Notes under the pieces: generated by a model
What the model saw: only the letters and a program-made list of their open reading frames with translations
Told to the model about the DNA's origin: nothing
The model's database searches: none
In this document: in pieces, positions 34,830 to 48,800 of the stretch
Position numbering within the stretch: position 1 is the stretch's first letter
Layout of the letters: the number at the start of each line of letters is the position of its first letter
NCBI GenBank assembly: GCA_964016885.1
Contig: OZ024741.1
Span: 405,294,001 to 405,358,000, forward strand
Length of the DNA stretch: 64,000 nt
Reading direction: 5' to 3'
DNA from: Eledone cirrhosa
Taxonomy: Eukaryota
Made by a program: the position numbers and the translations under genes

Positions 34830-36290
34830 ATGATTATATGACATCGATTGCCAAGTCAGCTGACCAGAAAGTTGGTTCGATCTTTCGTATTGTGCAAAAA
34901 AATTCTTCATGCCTAAAATATCTTCTATCTTCTATCTTTTCCGCCCGGGACCAATGGACAACTTCCAAAAGTCTCTGGCCTGGCAGTGCTACCGGGGAGC
35001 GCTACCAGTTCGAGACGAGCTCTACAGACACGGGCGCCCGGGTAGGGACCCATCGAAAAAGATCTGTCCGAGATGCGTGCGCGACGAGGAAACCGCCGCA
35101 CACGCATTTGTACACTGCCCGGGCGTTACCGACCTGTGGGGCTATGTAGAACGACTATTGTCGCGGGTGGGACCAATCCAGTTGACCACTGAGTCTATTG
35201 TCATGATCAAACCACCACCCTCCTTCAAAAAAGAGGGAGAGGCGGTTTTCCTATGTGTTATGGCTATGGTGAAAGAGGTTATATGGTGGACGAGGTTAAA
35301 AGGGCTGAGGTCAGACACCTTTCTCGAGCAACTGATTCGTTTTTTCACATATCATTTTGGAAGAAGAATCAGGATGGAGAGAGAGGTGCTGTACCCCAGC
35401 AAATTTTATAAAAGGTGGGTGAATGTGGCAAAGATGGCCCGAATGGTTGGGCCTTCTCTCTATATAAGCCTGTAGGTTGAGGAAGAGAGGAAGAGAGGAA
35501 GGGAGTACTCACTCTTGGTGCGCCTGGAGATGAGGGTTTTACATTTTTTCGGGGTGTGTACAACCCCTGTGTAACACCTCCCCCCTATTGGGGATTTCAA
35601 TTGTTATTTGTTATTGTATTAATAGTTTTATTTTCATATACCTGTATGTAAACTCCCCATTTGTATTTGTCCCCTTCTTTTGTGCCCTTGTGGCTAATAA
35701 AGAAATTTATCTTCTATCTTTATATCTCTACCATTTGTATTAGTATTGAGTACTGTTGTCACATCTAGTCAGGTGGTTCTGTTGTGGAACTTGAGTTTAA
35801 ATAAGATCTAAAGAAGACAGAAGCTGATATAATAAGTCAGGACCAACATTATTGGTCGTGACTTATTATGTCAGTTTCTATCACTATCACATCGTTGTAA
35901 TGTTCCCTCATTGCCTTATATCTTTATAACTCTACCATACGTTCATGTATTGAGTACTGCTGTCACTTCTAGTCTGGTGATTCTGTTGTGGAACTTGAAA
36001 GTTTAGAGAAGATCTAAAGAAGAATTATCAACATTATTGGTTCTGACTTATGTCGGTTTCAACACGGAATGCTGATTCTCTTTACCTTTTTTTTAATAAA
36101 TATTTTCATGAAAATTATTCTGATGAGCTTTCCTCTTTCTTGTCTCAGTTCACAAGTTTAAACACACCAGACTAGCAACTAGGTCTCACCTATTTACAGT
36201 TGAAGTTCCTAAATGTAATGATAGATTCTCTTCTGACAGTTTCTTCCCTCACATCTCACCTATGTAAATCTCTTCTGCCTGTTTCTTCCC
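34830..36290 (+). mobile_element. Degenerate CR1/L2-group LINE ORF2 3' part, split by a Tx1/L1 insertion, partly duplicated, running into the 44-bp satellite
   Basis: SIAKSADQKVGSIFR, then after the insertion YLYISTICISIEYCCHI*SG (repeated at ~35920-35975), SLSHRCNV, KYFHENYSDELS, TRLATRSHLFTVEVPKCN, DSFFP. Confidence 0.8.
34940..35707 (+). mobile_element. Second 5'-truncated Tx1/L1-clade LINE, TSD TATCTTCTATCTTT
   Basis: Protein closely similar to 30900-31452 (FQKSLAWQCYRGALPVRD...CPRC...H...C); direct repeats at 34926-34939 and 35708-35721. Confidence 0.87.
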
Positions 36291-36771
36291 TCTCACCTCT
36301 GTAACTCACTCCCAGTTTCTTCCATCACATCTCACCTATGTAACTCTCTCTCCCAGTTTCTTCCCTCACATCTCACCTATGTAACTCTCTCTCCCAGTTT
36401 CTTCCCTCACATCTCACCTATGTAACTCTCTTCTGACAGTTTCTTCCCTCACACATCTCACCTATGTAACTCTCTTCTGAAAGTTTCTTCCCTCTCATAT
36501 CTCACGTATGTAACTCTCTTCTCCTAGATTCTCCCCTCTCACATCTCACCTATGTAACTCTCTTCTGATACTTTCTGCCCTCTCACATCTCACGTATGTA
36601 ACTCTCTTCTACCAGTTTCTTCACTCTCATATCTCACCTATGTAACTCTCTCCCAGTTTCTTCCCTCTCACATCTCACCTATATAACTCTCTTCTCCCAG
36701 TTTCACCCTCTCACATCTCACCTATGTAACTCTCTTCTGATAGTTTCTTCCCTTTCACATCTCACGTATGT

Positions 36772-36808
<37 letters not shown>

Positions 36809-39800
36809 AGTTTCTTCCCTCTCACATCTCAACTATGTAACTCTCTTCTTCCAGTTTCTTCCCTCTCACATCTCACCTATATAACTCTCTTCTGGTAGTT
36901 TCTTCCCTTTCACATCTCACCTATGTAACTCTCATCCTGTTTCTTCCGTCTCACATCTCACCTATGTAACTCTCTTCTCCTAGTTTCTTCCCTCTCACAT
37001 CTCACCTATGTAACTCTCTTCTCCTAGTATCTTCGCTCTCACATCTCGCCTATGTAACTCTCTTCTCCTAGTTTCTTCCCTCTCACATCTCGCCTATGTA
37101 ACTCTCTTCTCCTAGTTTCTTTCCTCTCACATCTCACCTATGTAACTCTCTTCTCCTAGTATCTTCCCTCTCACATCTCGCCTATGTAACTCTCTTCTCC
37201 TAGTTTCTTCCCTCTCACATCTCGCCTATGTAACTCTCTTCTCCTAGTTTCTTCCCTCTCACATCTAACCTATGTAACTCTCTTCTCCTAGTTTCTTCCC
37301 TCTCACATCTCGCCTATGTAACTCTCTTCTACTAGTTTCTTCCCTCTCACATCTCACCTATGTAACTCTCTTCTTCTAGTTTCTTCCCTATATCATCTCA
37401 CCTATGTAACTCTCTTCTCCTAGTTTCTTCCCTCCCACATCTCACCTATGTAACTCTCTTCTCCTAGTTTCTTCCCTCTCACATCTCACATATGTAACTC
37501 TCTTCTAGTTTCTTCCCTCTCACATCTCACATATGTAACTCTCTTCTTCTAGTTTCTTCCCTCTCACATCTCACATATGTAACTATATTCTCCTAGTTTC
37601 TTCCCTCTCACATCTCACATATGTAACTCTCTTCTCCTATGTTCTTTCCTCTCACATCTCACATATGTAACTATCTTCTCCTAGTTTCTTCCCTCTTACA
37701 TCTCACCTATGTAACTCTCTTCTACTAGTTTTTTTCCCTCTCACATCTCACCTACGTAACTCTCTTCTCCTAGTTTCTCCCCTCTCACATCTCACATAAG
37801 TAACTCTCTTCTAGTTTCTTCCCTCTCACATCTCACATATGTAACTATCTTCTTCTAGTTTCTTCCCTCTCACATCTCACCTATGTAACTCTCTTCTCCT
37901 AGTTTCTCTCACATCTCACATATGTAACTCTCTTCTAATTTTTTCCCTCTCACATCCCACATATGTAACTCTCTTCTTCTAGTTTCTTCCCTCTCACATC
38001 TCACCTATGTAACTCCCTTCTCCTAGTTTCTTCCCTCCCACATCTCACATATGTAACTCTCCTCTCCTAGTTTCTTCCCTCTCACATCTCACCCATGTAA
38101 CTCTCTTCTCCTACTTTCTTCCCTCTCACATCTCACATATGTAACTCTCTTCTTCTAGTTTCTTCTCTCTCACATCTCACATATGTAACTCTCTTCTTCT
38201 AGTTTCTTCCCTCTCACATCTCACCTATGTAACTCTCTTCTCCTAATTTCTTCCCTCTCACATCTCACCTATGTAACTCTCTTCTAGTTTTTTCCCTCTC
38301 ACATCCCACATATATAACTCTCTTCTTCTAGTTTCTGCCCTCTCACATCTCACATACGTAACTCTCTTCTTCTAGTTTGTTCCCTCTCATATCGCGCCTA
38401 TGTAACTCTCTTCTCCTAGTTTCTTCCCTCTCACATCACGCCTATGTAACTCTCTTCTCCTACTTTCTTCCCTCTCACATCTCACCTATGTAACTCTCTT
38501 CTCCTAGTTTCTTCCCTCTCACATCTCACCTATGTAACTCTCTTCTTCTAGTTTCTTCCCTCTCTCATCTCACCTATGTAACTCTCTTCTCCTAGTTTCT
38601 TCCCTCTCACATCTCACCTATGTAACACTCATCTCCTAGTTTTTCCCTCCCACATCTCACCTATGTAACTCTCTTCACTTAGTTTCTTCCCTCTCACATC
38701 TCACCTATGTAACTCTCTTCTCCTAGTTTTTTCCCTCTCACATCTCACCTATGTAACTCTCTTCTTCTAGTTTCTTCCCTCTCGCATCTCACCTATGTAA
38801 CTCTCTTCTCCTAGTTTCTTCCCTCCCACATCTCACATATGTAACTCTCCTCTCCTAGTTTTTCCCTGTCACATCTCACCTACGTAACTCTCTTCTCCTA
38901 GTTTCGTCCCTCTCACATCTCACATATGTAACTCTCTTCTTCTAGTTTCTTCCCTCTCACATCTCACATATGTAACTCTCTTCTTCTAGTTTCTTCCCTC
39001 TCACATCTCACCTATGTAACTCTCTTCTCCTAATTTCTTCCCTCTCACATCTCACCTATGTAACTCTCTTCTCCTAGTTTCTCCCACATCTCACCTATGT
39101 AACTCTCTTCTAGTTTTTTCCCTCTCACATCCCACATATGTAACTCTCTTCTTCTAGTTTCTTCCCTCTCACATCTCACCTATGTAACTCTCTTCTTCTA
39201 GTTTCTTCCCTCTCACATCTCACCTATGTAACTCTCTTCTCCTAATATCTTCCCTCTTACATCTCACCTATGTAACTCTCTTCTCCTAGTTTCTTCCCTC
39301 TCACATCTCACATATGTAAATCTCTTCTTCTAGTTTCTTCCCTCTCACATCTCACCTATGTAACTCTCCCCTTCTAGTTTCTTCCCTCTCAAATCTCACC
39401 TATGTAACTCTCTTCTCCTAGTTTCTTCCCACTCACATCTCACATATGTAACTCTCTTCTTCTAGTTTCTGCCCTCTCACATCTCACATACGTAACTCTC
39501 TTCTTCTAGTTTGTTCCCTCTCATATCGCGCCTATGTAACACTCCTCTCCTAGTTTCTTCCCTCTCACATCACGCCTATGTAACTCTCTTCTCCTACTTT
39601 CTTCCCTCTCACATCTCACCTATGTAACTCTCTTCTTCTAGTTTCTTCCCTCTCTCATCTCACCTATGTCACTCTCTTCTCCTAGTTTCTTCCCTCTCAC
39701 ATCTCATCTATGTGATACTCATCTCCTAGTTTTTTCCCTCCCACATCTCACCTATGTAACTCTCTTCACTTACTTTCTTCCCTCTCACATCTCACCTATG

Positions 39801-42800
39801 TAACTCTCTTCTCCTAGTTTTTTCCCTCTTACATCTCACCTATGTAACTCTCTTCTTCTAGTTTCTTCCCTCTCGCATCTCACCTATGTAACTCTCTTCT
39901 CCTAGTTTCTTACCTCCCACATCTCACATATGTAACTCTCCTCTCCTAGTTTCTTCCCTCTCACATCTCATCTATGTAACTCTCTTCTCCTAGTTTCTTC
40001 CCTCTCACCTCTCACATATGTAACTCTCTTCTCCTAGTTTTTCCCCTCTCACATCTCACATATGTAAATCTATTCTCCTAGTTTCTTCCCTCTCACATCT
40101 CACCTATGTAACTCTCTTCCCCTAGTTTTTTCCATCCCACTTCTCACCTATGTACCTCTCTCTCCCAGTTTCTTCCTTCTCACATCTCACATACGTAACA
40201 CTCTTCCCCTAGTTCCTTCCCTCTCACATCAGACGTATGTAACTCTCTTCTTCTAGTTTCGTCCCTCTCACATCTCACATATGTAACTCTCATCGTCTAG
40301 TTTCCTCCCTGTCACATCTAACCTATGTAACTCTCTTCTCCTAGTTTCTTCCCTCTCACATCTCACCTATGTAACTCTCTTCTAGTTTCTTCCCTCTCAC
40401 ATCTCACATATGTAGTTCTCATCGTCTAGTTTCTTCCCTCTCACATCTCACCTATGTAACTCTCTTCTCCTAGTTTCTTCCCTCTCACATCTCAGCTATG
40501 TACCTCTCTCTCCCAGTTTCTTCCTTCTCACGTCTCACCTATGTAACTCTCTTCTCCTAGTTTCTTCCCTCTCACATCTCACCTATGTAACTCTCTTCTT
40601 CTAGTTTCTTCCCTCTAACATCTCACATATGTAACTCTCTTCTAGTTTCTTCCCTCTCACATCTCACCTATGTAACTCTCTTCTCCTAGTTTCTTCCCTC
40701 TCACATCTCACATATGTAACTCTCTTCTTCTAGTTTCTCCCCTCTCACACCTCACATATGTAACTCTGTCCTCCTAGTTCTTCCCTCTCACATCTCATAT
40801 ATGTAACTCTCTTCTCCTATGTTCTTCCCTCTCACATCTCACATATGTAACTCTCTTCTCCTAGTTTCTTCCCTCTTACATCTCACCTATGTATCTCACT
40901 TCTCCTAGATTCTTCCCTCTCACATCTCACATAAGTAACTCTCTTCTTCTAGTTTCTTCCCTCTCACATCTCACCTATGTAACTCTCTTCTCCTAATTTC
41001 TTCCCTCTCACATCTCACCTATGTAACTCTCTTCTCCTAGTTTCTTCCCTCTCACATCTCACATATGTAAATCTCTTCTAGTTTCTTTCCTCTCACATCT
41101 CACCTATGTAACTCTCCTCTTCTAGTCTCTTCCCTATCAAATCTCACCTATGTAACTCTCTTCTCCTAGTTTCTTCCCTCTCACATCTCACATATGTAAC
41201 TCTCTTCTAGTTTCTGCCCTCTCACATCTCACATACGTAACTCTCTTCTTCTAGTTTGTTCCCTCTCTTATCGCGCCTATGTAACTCTCTTCTCCTAGTT
41301 TCTTCCCTCTCACATCACGCCTATGTAACTCTCTTCTCCTACTTTCTTCCCTCTCACATCTCACCTATGTAACTCTCTTCTTCTAGTTTCTTCCCTCTCA
41401 CATCTCACCTATGTAACTCTCTTCTTCTAGTTTCTTCCCTCTCACATCTCACATACGTAACTCTCTTCTTCTAGTTTCTTCCCTCTCACATCTCACCTAT
41501 GTAACTCTCTTCTTCTAGTTTCTTCCCTCTCACATCTCACATAAGTAACTCTCTTCTAGTTTCTTCCCTCTCACATCTCACATATGTAACTATCTTCTTC
41601 TAGTTTCTTCCCTCTCACATCTCACCTATGTAACTCTCTTCTCCTAGTTTCTCTCACATCTCACATATGTAACTCTCTTCTAATTTTTTCCCTCTCACAT
41701 CCCACATATGTAACTCTCTTCTTCTAGTTTCTTCCCTCTCACATCTCACCTATGTAACTCCCTTCTCCTAGTTTCTTCCCTCCCACATCTCACATATGTA
41801 ACTCTCCTCTCCTAGTTTCTTCCCTCTCACATCTCACCCATGTAACTCTCTTCTCCTACTTTCTTCCCTCTCACATCTCACATATGTAACTCTCTTCTTC
41901 TAGTTTCTTCTCTCTCACATCTCACATATGTAACTCTCTTCTTCTAGTTTCTTCCCTCTCACATCTCACCTATGTAACTCTCTTCTCCTAATTTCTTCCC
42001 TCTCACATCTCACCTATGTAACTCTCTTCTAGTTTTTTCCCTCTCACATCCCACATATATAACTCTCTTCTTCTAGTTTCTGCCCTCTCACATCTCACAT
42101 ACGTAACTCTCTTCTTCTAGTTTGTTCCCTCTCATATCGCGCCTATGTAACTCTCTTCTCCTAGTTTCTTCCCTCTCACATCACGCCTATGTAACTCTCT
42201 TCTCCTACTTTCTTCCCTCTCACATCTCACCTATGTAACTCTCTTCTCCTAGTTTCTTCCCTCTCACATCTCACCTATGTTACTCTCTTCTTCTAGTTTC
42301 TTCCCTCTCTCATCTCACCTATGTAACTCTCTTCTCCTAGTTTCTTCCCTCTCACATCTCTCCTATGTAACACTCATCTCCTAGTTTTTCCCTCCCACAT
42401 CTCACCTATGTAACTCTCTTCACTTAGTTTCTTCCCTCTCACATCTCACCTATGTAACTCTCTTCTCCTAGTTTTTTCCCTCTCACATCTCACATATGTA
42501 ACTCTCCTCTCCTAGTTTTTCCCTCTCACATCTCACCTACGTAACTCTCTTCTCCTAGTTTCGTCCCTCTCACATCTCACATATGTAACTCTCTTCTTCT
42601 AGTTTCTTCCCTCTCACATCTCACATATGTAACTCTCTTCTTCTAGTTTCTTACCTCTCACATCTCACCTATGTAACTCTCTTCTCCTAATTTCTTCCCT
42701 CTCACATCTCACCTATGTAACTCTCTTCTCCTAGTTTCTCCCACATCTCACCTATGTAACTCTCTTCTAGTTTTTTCCCTCTCACATCCCACATATGTAA

Positions 42801-45800
42801 CTCTCTTCTTCTAGTTTCTTCCCTCTCACATCTCACCTATGTAACTCCCTTCTCCTAGTTTCTTCCCTCTCACATCTCACATATGTAACTCTCCTCTCCT
42901 AGTTTCTTCCCTCTCACATCTCACCCATGTAACTCTCTTCTCCTACTTTCTTCCCTCTCACATCTCACCCATGTAACTCTCTTCTCCTACTTTCTTCCCT
43001 CTCACATCTCACATATGTAACTCTCTTCTTCTAGTTTCTTCCCTCTCACATCTCACCTATGTAACTCTCTTCTCCTAGTTTCTTCCCTCTCACATCTCAC
43101 ATATGTAAATCTCTTCTTCTAGTTTCTTCCCTCTCACATCTCACCTATGTAACTCTCCTCTTCTAGTTTCTTCCCTCTCAAATCTCACCTATGTAACTCT
43201 CTTCTCCTAGTTTCTTCCCTCTCACATCTCACATATGTAACTCTCTTCTTCTAGTTTCTGCCCTCTCACATCTCACATACGTAACTCTCTTCTAGTTTGT
43301 TCCCTCTCATATCGCGCCTATGTAACACTCTTCTCCTAGTTTCTTCCCTCTCACATCACGCCTATGTAACTCTCTTCTCCTACTTTCTTCCCTCTCACAT
43401 CTCACCTATGTAACTCTCTTCTTCTAGTTTCTTCCCTCTCTCATCTCACCTATGTCACTCTCTTCTCCTAGTTTCTTCCCTCTCACATCTCATCTATGTA
43501 ATACTCATCTCCTAGTTTTTTCCCTCCCACATCTCACCTATGTAACTCTCTTCACTTACTTTCTTCCCTCTCACATCTCACCTATGTAACTCTCTTCTCC
43601 TAGTTTTTTCCCTCTTACATCTCACCTATGTAACTCTCTTCTTCTAGTTTCTTCCCTCTCGCATCTCACCTATGTAACTCTCTTCTCCTAGTTTCTTACC
43701 TCCCACATCTCACATATGTAACTCTCCTCTCCTAGTTTCTTCCTTCTCACCTCTCACATATGTAACTCTCTTCTCCTAGTTTTTCCCCTCTCACATCTCA
43801 CATATGTAAATCTATTCTCCTAGTTTCTTCCCTCTCACATCTCACCTATGTAACTCTCTTCCCCTAGTTTTTTCCTTCCCACATCTCACCTATGTACCTC
43901 TCTCTCCCAGTTTCTTCCTTCTCACATCTCACATACGTAACTCTCTTCTCCTAGTTCCTTCCCTCTCACATCAGACGTATGTAACTCTCTTCTTCTAGTT
44001 TCGTCCCTCTCACATCTCACATATGTAACTCTCATCGTCTAGTTTCCTCCCTGTCACATCTAACCTATGTAACTCTCTTCTCCTAGTTTCTTCCCTCTCA
44101 CATCTCACCTATGTAACTCTCTTCTAGTTTCTTCCCTCTCACATCTCACATATGTAATTCTCATCGTCTAGTTTCTTCCCTCTCACATCTCACCTATGTA
44201 ACTCTCTTCTCCTAGTTTCTTCCCTCTCACATCTCAGCTATATACCTCTCTCTCCCAGTTTCTTCCTTCTCACGTCTCACCTATGTAACTCTCTTCTCCT
44301 AGTTTCTTCCCTCTCACATCTCACCTATGTAACTCTCTTCTTCTAGTTTCTTCCCTCTAACATCTCACATATGTAACTCTCTTCTAGTTTCTTCCCTCTC
44401 ACATCTCACATATGTAACTCTCTTCTTCTAGTTTCTCGCCTCTCACATCTCACATATGTAACTCTCTCCTCCTAGTTCTTCCCTCTCACATCTCATATAT
44501 GTAACTCTCTTCTCCTATGTTCTTCCCTCTCACATCTCACATATGTAACTCTCTTCTCCTAGTTTCTTCCCTCTTATATCTCACCTATGTATCTCACTTC
44601 TCCTAGATTCTTCCCTCTCACATCTCACATAAGTAACTCTCTTCTTCTAGTTTCTTCCCTCTCACATCTCACCTATGTAACTCTCTTCTCCTAATTTCTT
44701 CCCTCTCACATCTCACCTATGTAACTCTCTTCTCCTAGTTTCTTCCCTCTCACATCTCACATATGTAAATCTCTTCTAGTTTCTTTCCTCTCACATCTCA
44801 CCTATGTAACTCTCCTCTTCTAGTCTCTTCCCTATCAAATCTCACCTATGTAACTCTCTTCTCCTAGTTTCTTCCCTCTCACATCTCACATATGTAACTC
44901 TCTTCTAGTTTCTGCCCTCTCACATCTCACATACGTAACTCTCTTCTTCTAGTTTGTTCCCTCTCTTATCGCGCCTATGTAACTCTCTTCTCCTAGTTTC
45001 TTCCCTCTCACATCACGCCTATGTAACTCTCTTCTCCTACTTTCTTCCCTCTCACATCTCACCTATGTAACTCTCTTCTTCTAGTTTCTTCCCTCTCACA
45101 TCTCACCTATGTAACTCTCTTCTCCTAGTTTCTTCCCTCTCACATCTCACATACGTAACTCTCTTCTTCTAGTTTGTTCCCTCTCATATCGCGTCTATGT
45201 AACTCTCTTCTCCTAGTTTCTTCCCACTCACATCACGCCTATGTAACTCTCTTCTCCTACTTTCTTCCCGCTCACATCTCACCTATGTAACTCTCTTCTC
45301 CTAGTTTCTTCCCTCTCACATCTCACCTATGTAACTCTCTTCTTCTAGTTTCTTCCCTCTCTCATCTCACCTATGTAACTCTCTTCTCCTAGTTTCTTCC
45401 CTCTCACATCTCACCTATGTAACACTCATCTCCTAGTTTTTTCCATCCCACATCTCACCTATGTAACTCTCTTCACTTAGTTTCTTCCCTCTCACATCTC
45501 ACCTATGTAACTCTCTTCTTCTAGTTTCTTCCCTCTCGCATCTCACCTATGTAACTCTCTTCTCCTAGTTTCTTCCATCCCACATCTCACATATGTAACT
45601 TTCCTCTCCTAGTTTATTCCCTCTCCCATCTCACCTATGTAACTCTCTTCTCCTAGTTTCTTCCTTCTCACCTCTCACATATCTAACTCTCTTCTCCTAG
45701 TTTTTCCCCTCTCACATCTCACATATGTAAATCTCTTCTCCTAGTTTCTTCCCTCTCACATCTCACCTATGTAACTCTCTTCTCCTAGTTTCTTCCCTCC

Positions 45801-48800
45801 CACATCTCACCTATGTACCTCTCTCTCCCAGTTTCTTCCTTCTCACATCTCACATACGTAACTCTCTTCTCCTCGTTCCTTCCCTCTCACATCTCATGTA
45901 TGTAACTCTTTTCTTCTAGTTTCGTCCCTCTCACATCTCACATATGTAACTCTCATCGTCTAGTTTCCTCCCTCTCACATCTCACCTATGTAACTCTCTT
46001 CTCCTAGTTTCTTCCCTCTCCCATCTCACCTATGTAACACTCTTCTCGTAGTTTCTTCCCTCTCACATCTCACATAAGTAACTCTCTTCTAGATTCTTCC
46101 CTCTCACATCTCACATATGTATCTCTCTTCTTCTAGTTTCTGCCCTCTCACATCTCACCTATGTAACTCTCTTCTCCTAGTTTCTCTCACATCTCACCTA
46201 TGTAACTCTTTACTAGTTTTTTCCCTCTCACATCCAACATATGTAACTCTCTTCTTCTAGTTTCTTCCCTCTCACATCTCACCTATGTAACTCCCTTCTC
46301 CTAGTTTTTTCCCTCCCACATCTCACATATGTAACTCTCCTCTCCTAGTTTCTTCCCTCTCACATCTCACCTATGTAACTCTCTTCTCCTACTTTCTTCC
46401 CTCTCACATCTCACATATGTAACTCTCTTCTTCTAGTTTCTTCCCCCTCACATCACACATATGTAACTCTCTTCTTCTAGTTTCTTCCCTCTCACATCTC
46501 ACCTATGTAACTCTCTTCTCCTAGTCTCTTCCCTCTCACATCTCACCTATGTAACTCTCTTCTCCTAGTTTCTTCCGTCTCACATCTCACATATGTAACT
46601 CTCTTCTAGTTTCTTCGCTCTCACATCTTACATATGTAACTCTCTTCTTCTAGTTTCTTCCCTCTCACATCTCTCCTATGTAACTCTCCTCTCCTAGTTT
46701 CTTCCCTCTCACATCTCACCTGTGTAATTCTCTTCTCCTAGTTTCTTCCCTCTCACATCTCACATATGTAACTCTCTTCTTCTAGTTTTTGCCCTCTCAC
46801 ATCTCACATACGTAACTCTCTTCTTTTAGTTTGTTCCCTCTCACATCTCACATATATAATTCTCTTCTTCTAGTTTCTTCACTCTCACATCTCACCTATG
46901 TAACTCTCTTCTCCTAATTTCTTCCCTCTCACATCTCACCTGTGTAACTCTCTTCTCCTAGTATCTTCCCTCTCATATCGCGCATATGTAACTCTCTTCT
47001 TCTAGTTTCTTCCCTGTCACATCTCACATATGTAACTCTCTTCTTCTAGTTTCTTCCCTCTCACATCTTACCTATTTAACACTCTTCTCCTAGTTTCTCT
47101 CACATCTCACCTATGTAACTCTCTTCTCCTAGTTTCTTCCCTCTAACATCTCACCTATGTAACTCTATTCTCCTAGTTTCTTCCCTCTTACATCTCAACT
47201 ATGTAAATCTCTTCTACTAGTTTTTTCCCTCTGACATCTCACATATGTAACTCTATTCTTCTACTTTCTTCCCTCTCACATCTCATCTATGTAACTCTTT
47301 TCTCCTAGTTTCTTCCCTCTCACATCTCACATAAGTAACTCTCTTCTAGTTTCTTCCCTCTCACATCTCACATATGTATCTCTCTTCTTCTAGTTTTTGC
47401 CCTCTCACATCTCACCTATGTAACTCTCTTCTCCTAGTTTCTCTCACATCTCACCTATGTAACTCTCTACTAGTTTTTTCCCTCTCACATCCCACATATG
47501 TAACTCTCTTCTCCTAGTTTCTTCCCTCTCACATCTCACCTATGTAACTCTCTTCTTCTAGTTTCTTCCCTCTCTCATCTCACCTATGTAACTCTCTTCT
47601 CCTAGTTTCTTCCCTCTCACATCTCACCTATGTAACACTCATCTCCTAGTTTTTCCCTCCCACATCTCACTTATGTAACTCTCTTCACTTAGTTTCTTCC
47701 CTCTCACATCTCACCTATGTAACTCTTCTCCTAGTTTTTTCCCTCTCACATCTCACCTATGTAACTCTCTTCTTCTAGTTTCTTCCCTCTCGCATCTCAC
47801 CTATGTAACTCTCTTCTCCTAGTTTCTTCCCTCCCACATCTCACATATGTAACTCTCCTCTCCTAGTTTTTTCCCTCTCACATCTCACCTACGTAACTCT
47901 CTTCTCCTAGTTTCGTCCCTCTCACATCTCACATATGTAACTCTCTTCTTCTAGTTTCTTCCCTCTCACATCCCACATATGTAACTCTCTTCTTCTAGTT
48001 TCTTCCCTCTCACATCTCACCTATGTAACTCCCTTCTCCTAGTTTCTTCCCTCTCACATCTCACATATGTAACTCTCCTCTCCTAGTTTCTTCCCTCTCA
48101 CATCTCACCCATGTAACTCTCTTCTCCTACTTTCTTCCCTCTCACATCTCACATATGTAACTCTCTTCTTCTCGTTTCTTCCCTCTCACATCTCACATAT
48201 GTAACTCTCTTCTTCTAGTTTCTTCCCTCTCACATCTCACCTATGTAACTCTCTTCTCCTAATATCTTCGCTCTCACATCTCACCTATGTAACTCTCTTC
48301 TCCTAGTTTCTTCCCTCTCACATCTCACATATGTAAATCTCTTCTTCTAGTTTCTTCCCTCTCAAATCTCACCTATGTAACTCTCTTCTCCTAGTTTCTT
48401 CCCTCTCACATCTAACATATGTAACTCTCTTCTTCTAGTTTCTGCCCTCCCACATCTCACATACGTAACTCTCTTCTTCTAGTTTGTTCCCTCTCATATC
48501 GCGCCTATGTAACTCTCTTCTCCTAGTTTCTTCCCTCTTTTATCACGCCTATGTAACTCTCTTCTCCTACTTTCTTCCCTCTGACATCTCACCTATGTAA
48601 CTCTCTTCTCCTAGTTTCTTCCCTCTCACATCTCACCTATGTAACTCTCTTCTTCTAGTTTCTTCCCTCTCTCATCTCACCTATGTCACTCTCTTCTCCT
48701 AGTTTCTTCCCTCTCACATCTCACCTACGTAATACTCATCTCCTAGTTTTTTCCCTCCCACATCTCACCTATGTAACTCTCTTCACTTACTTTCTTCCCT

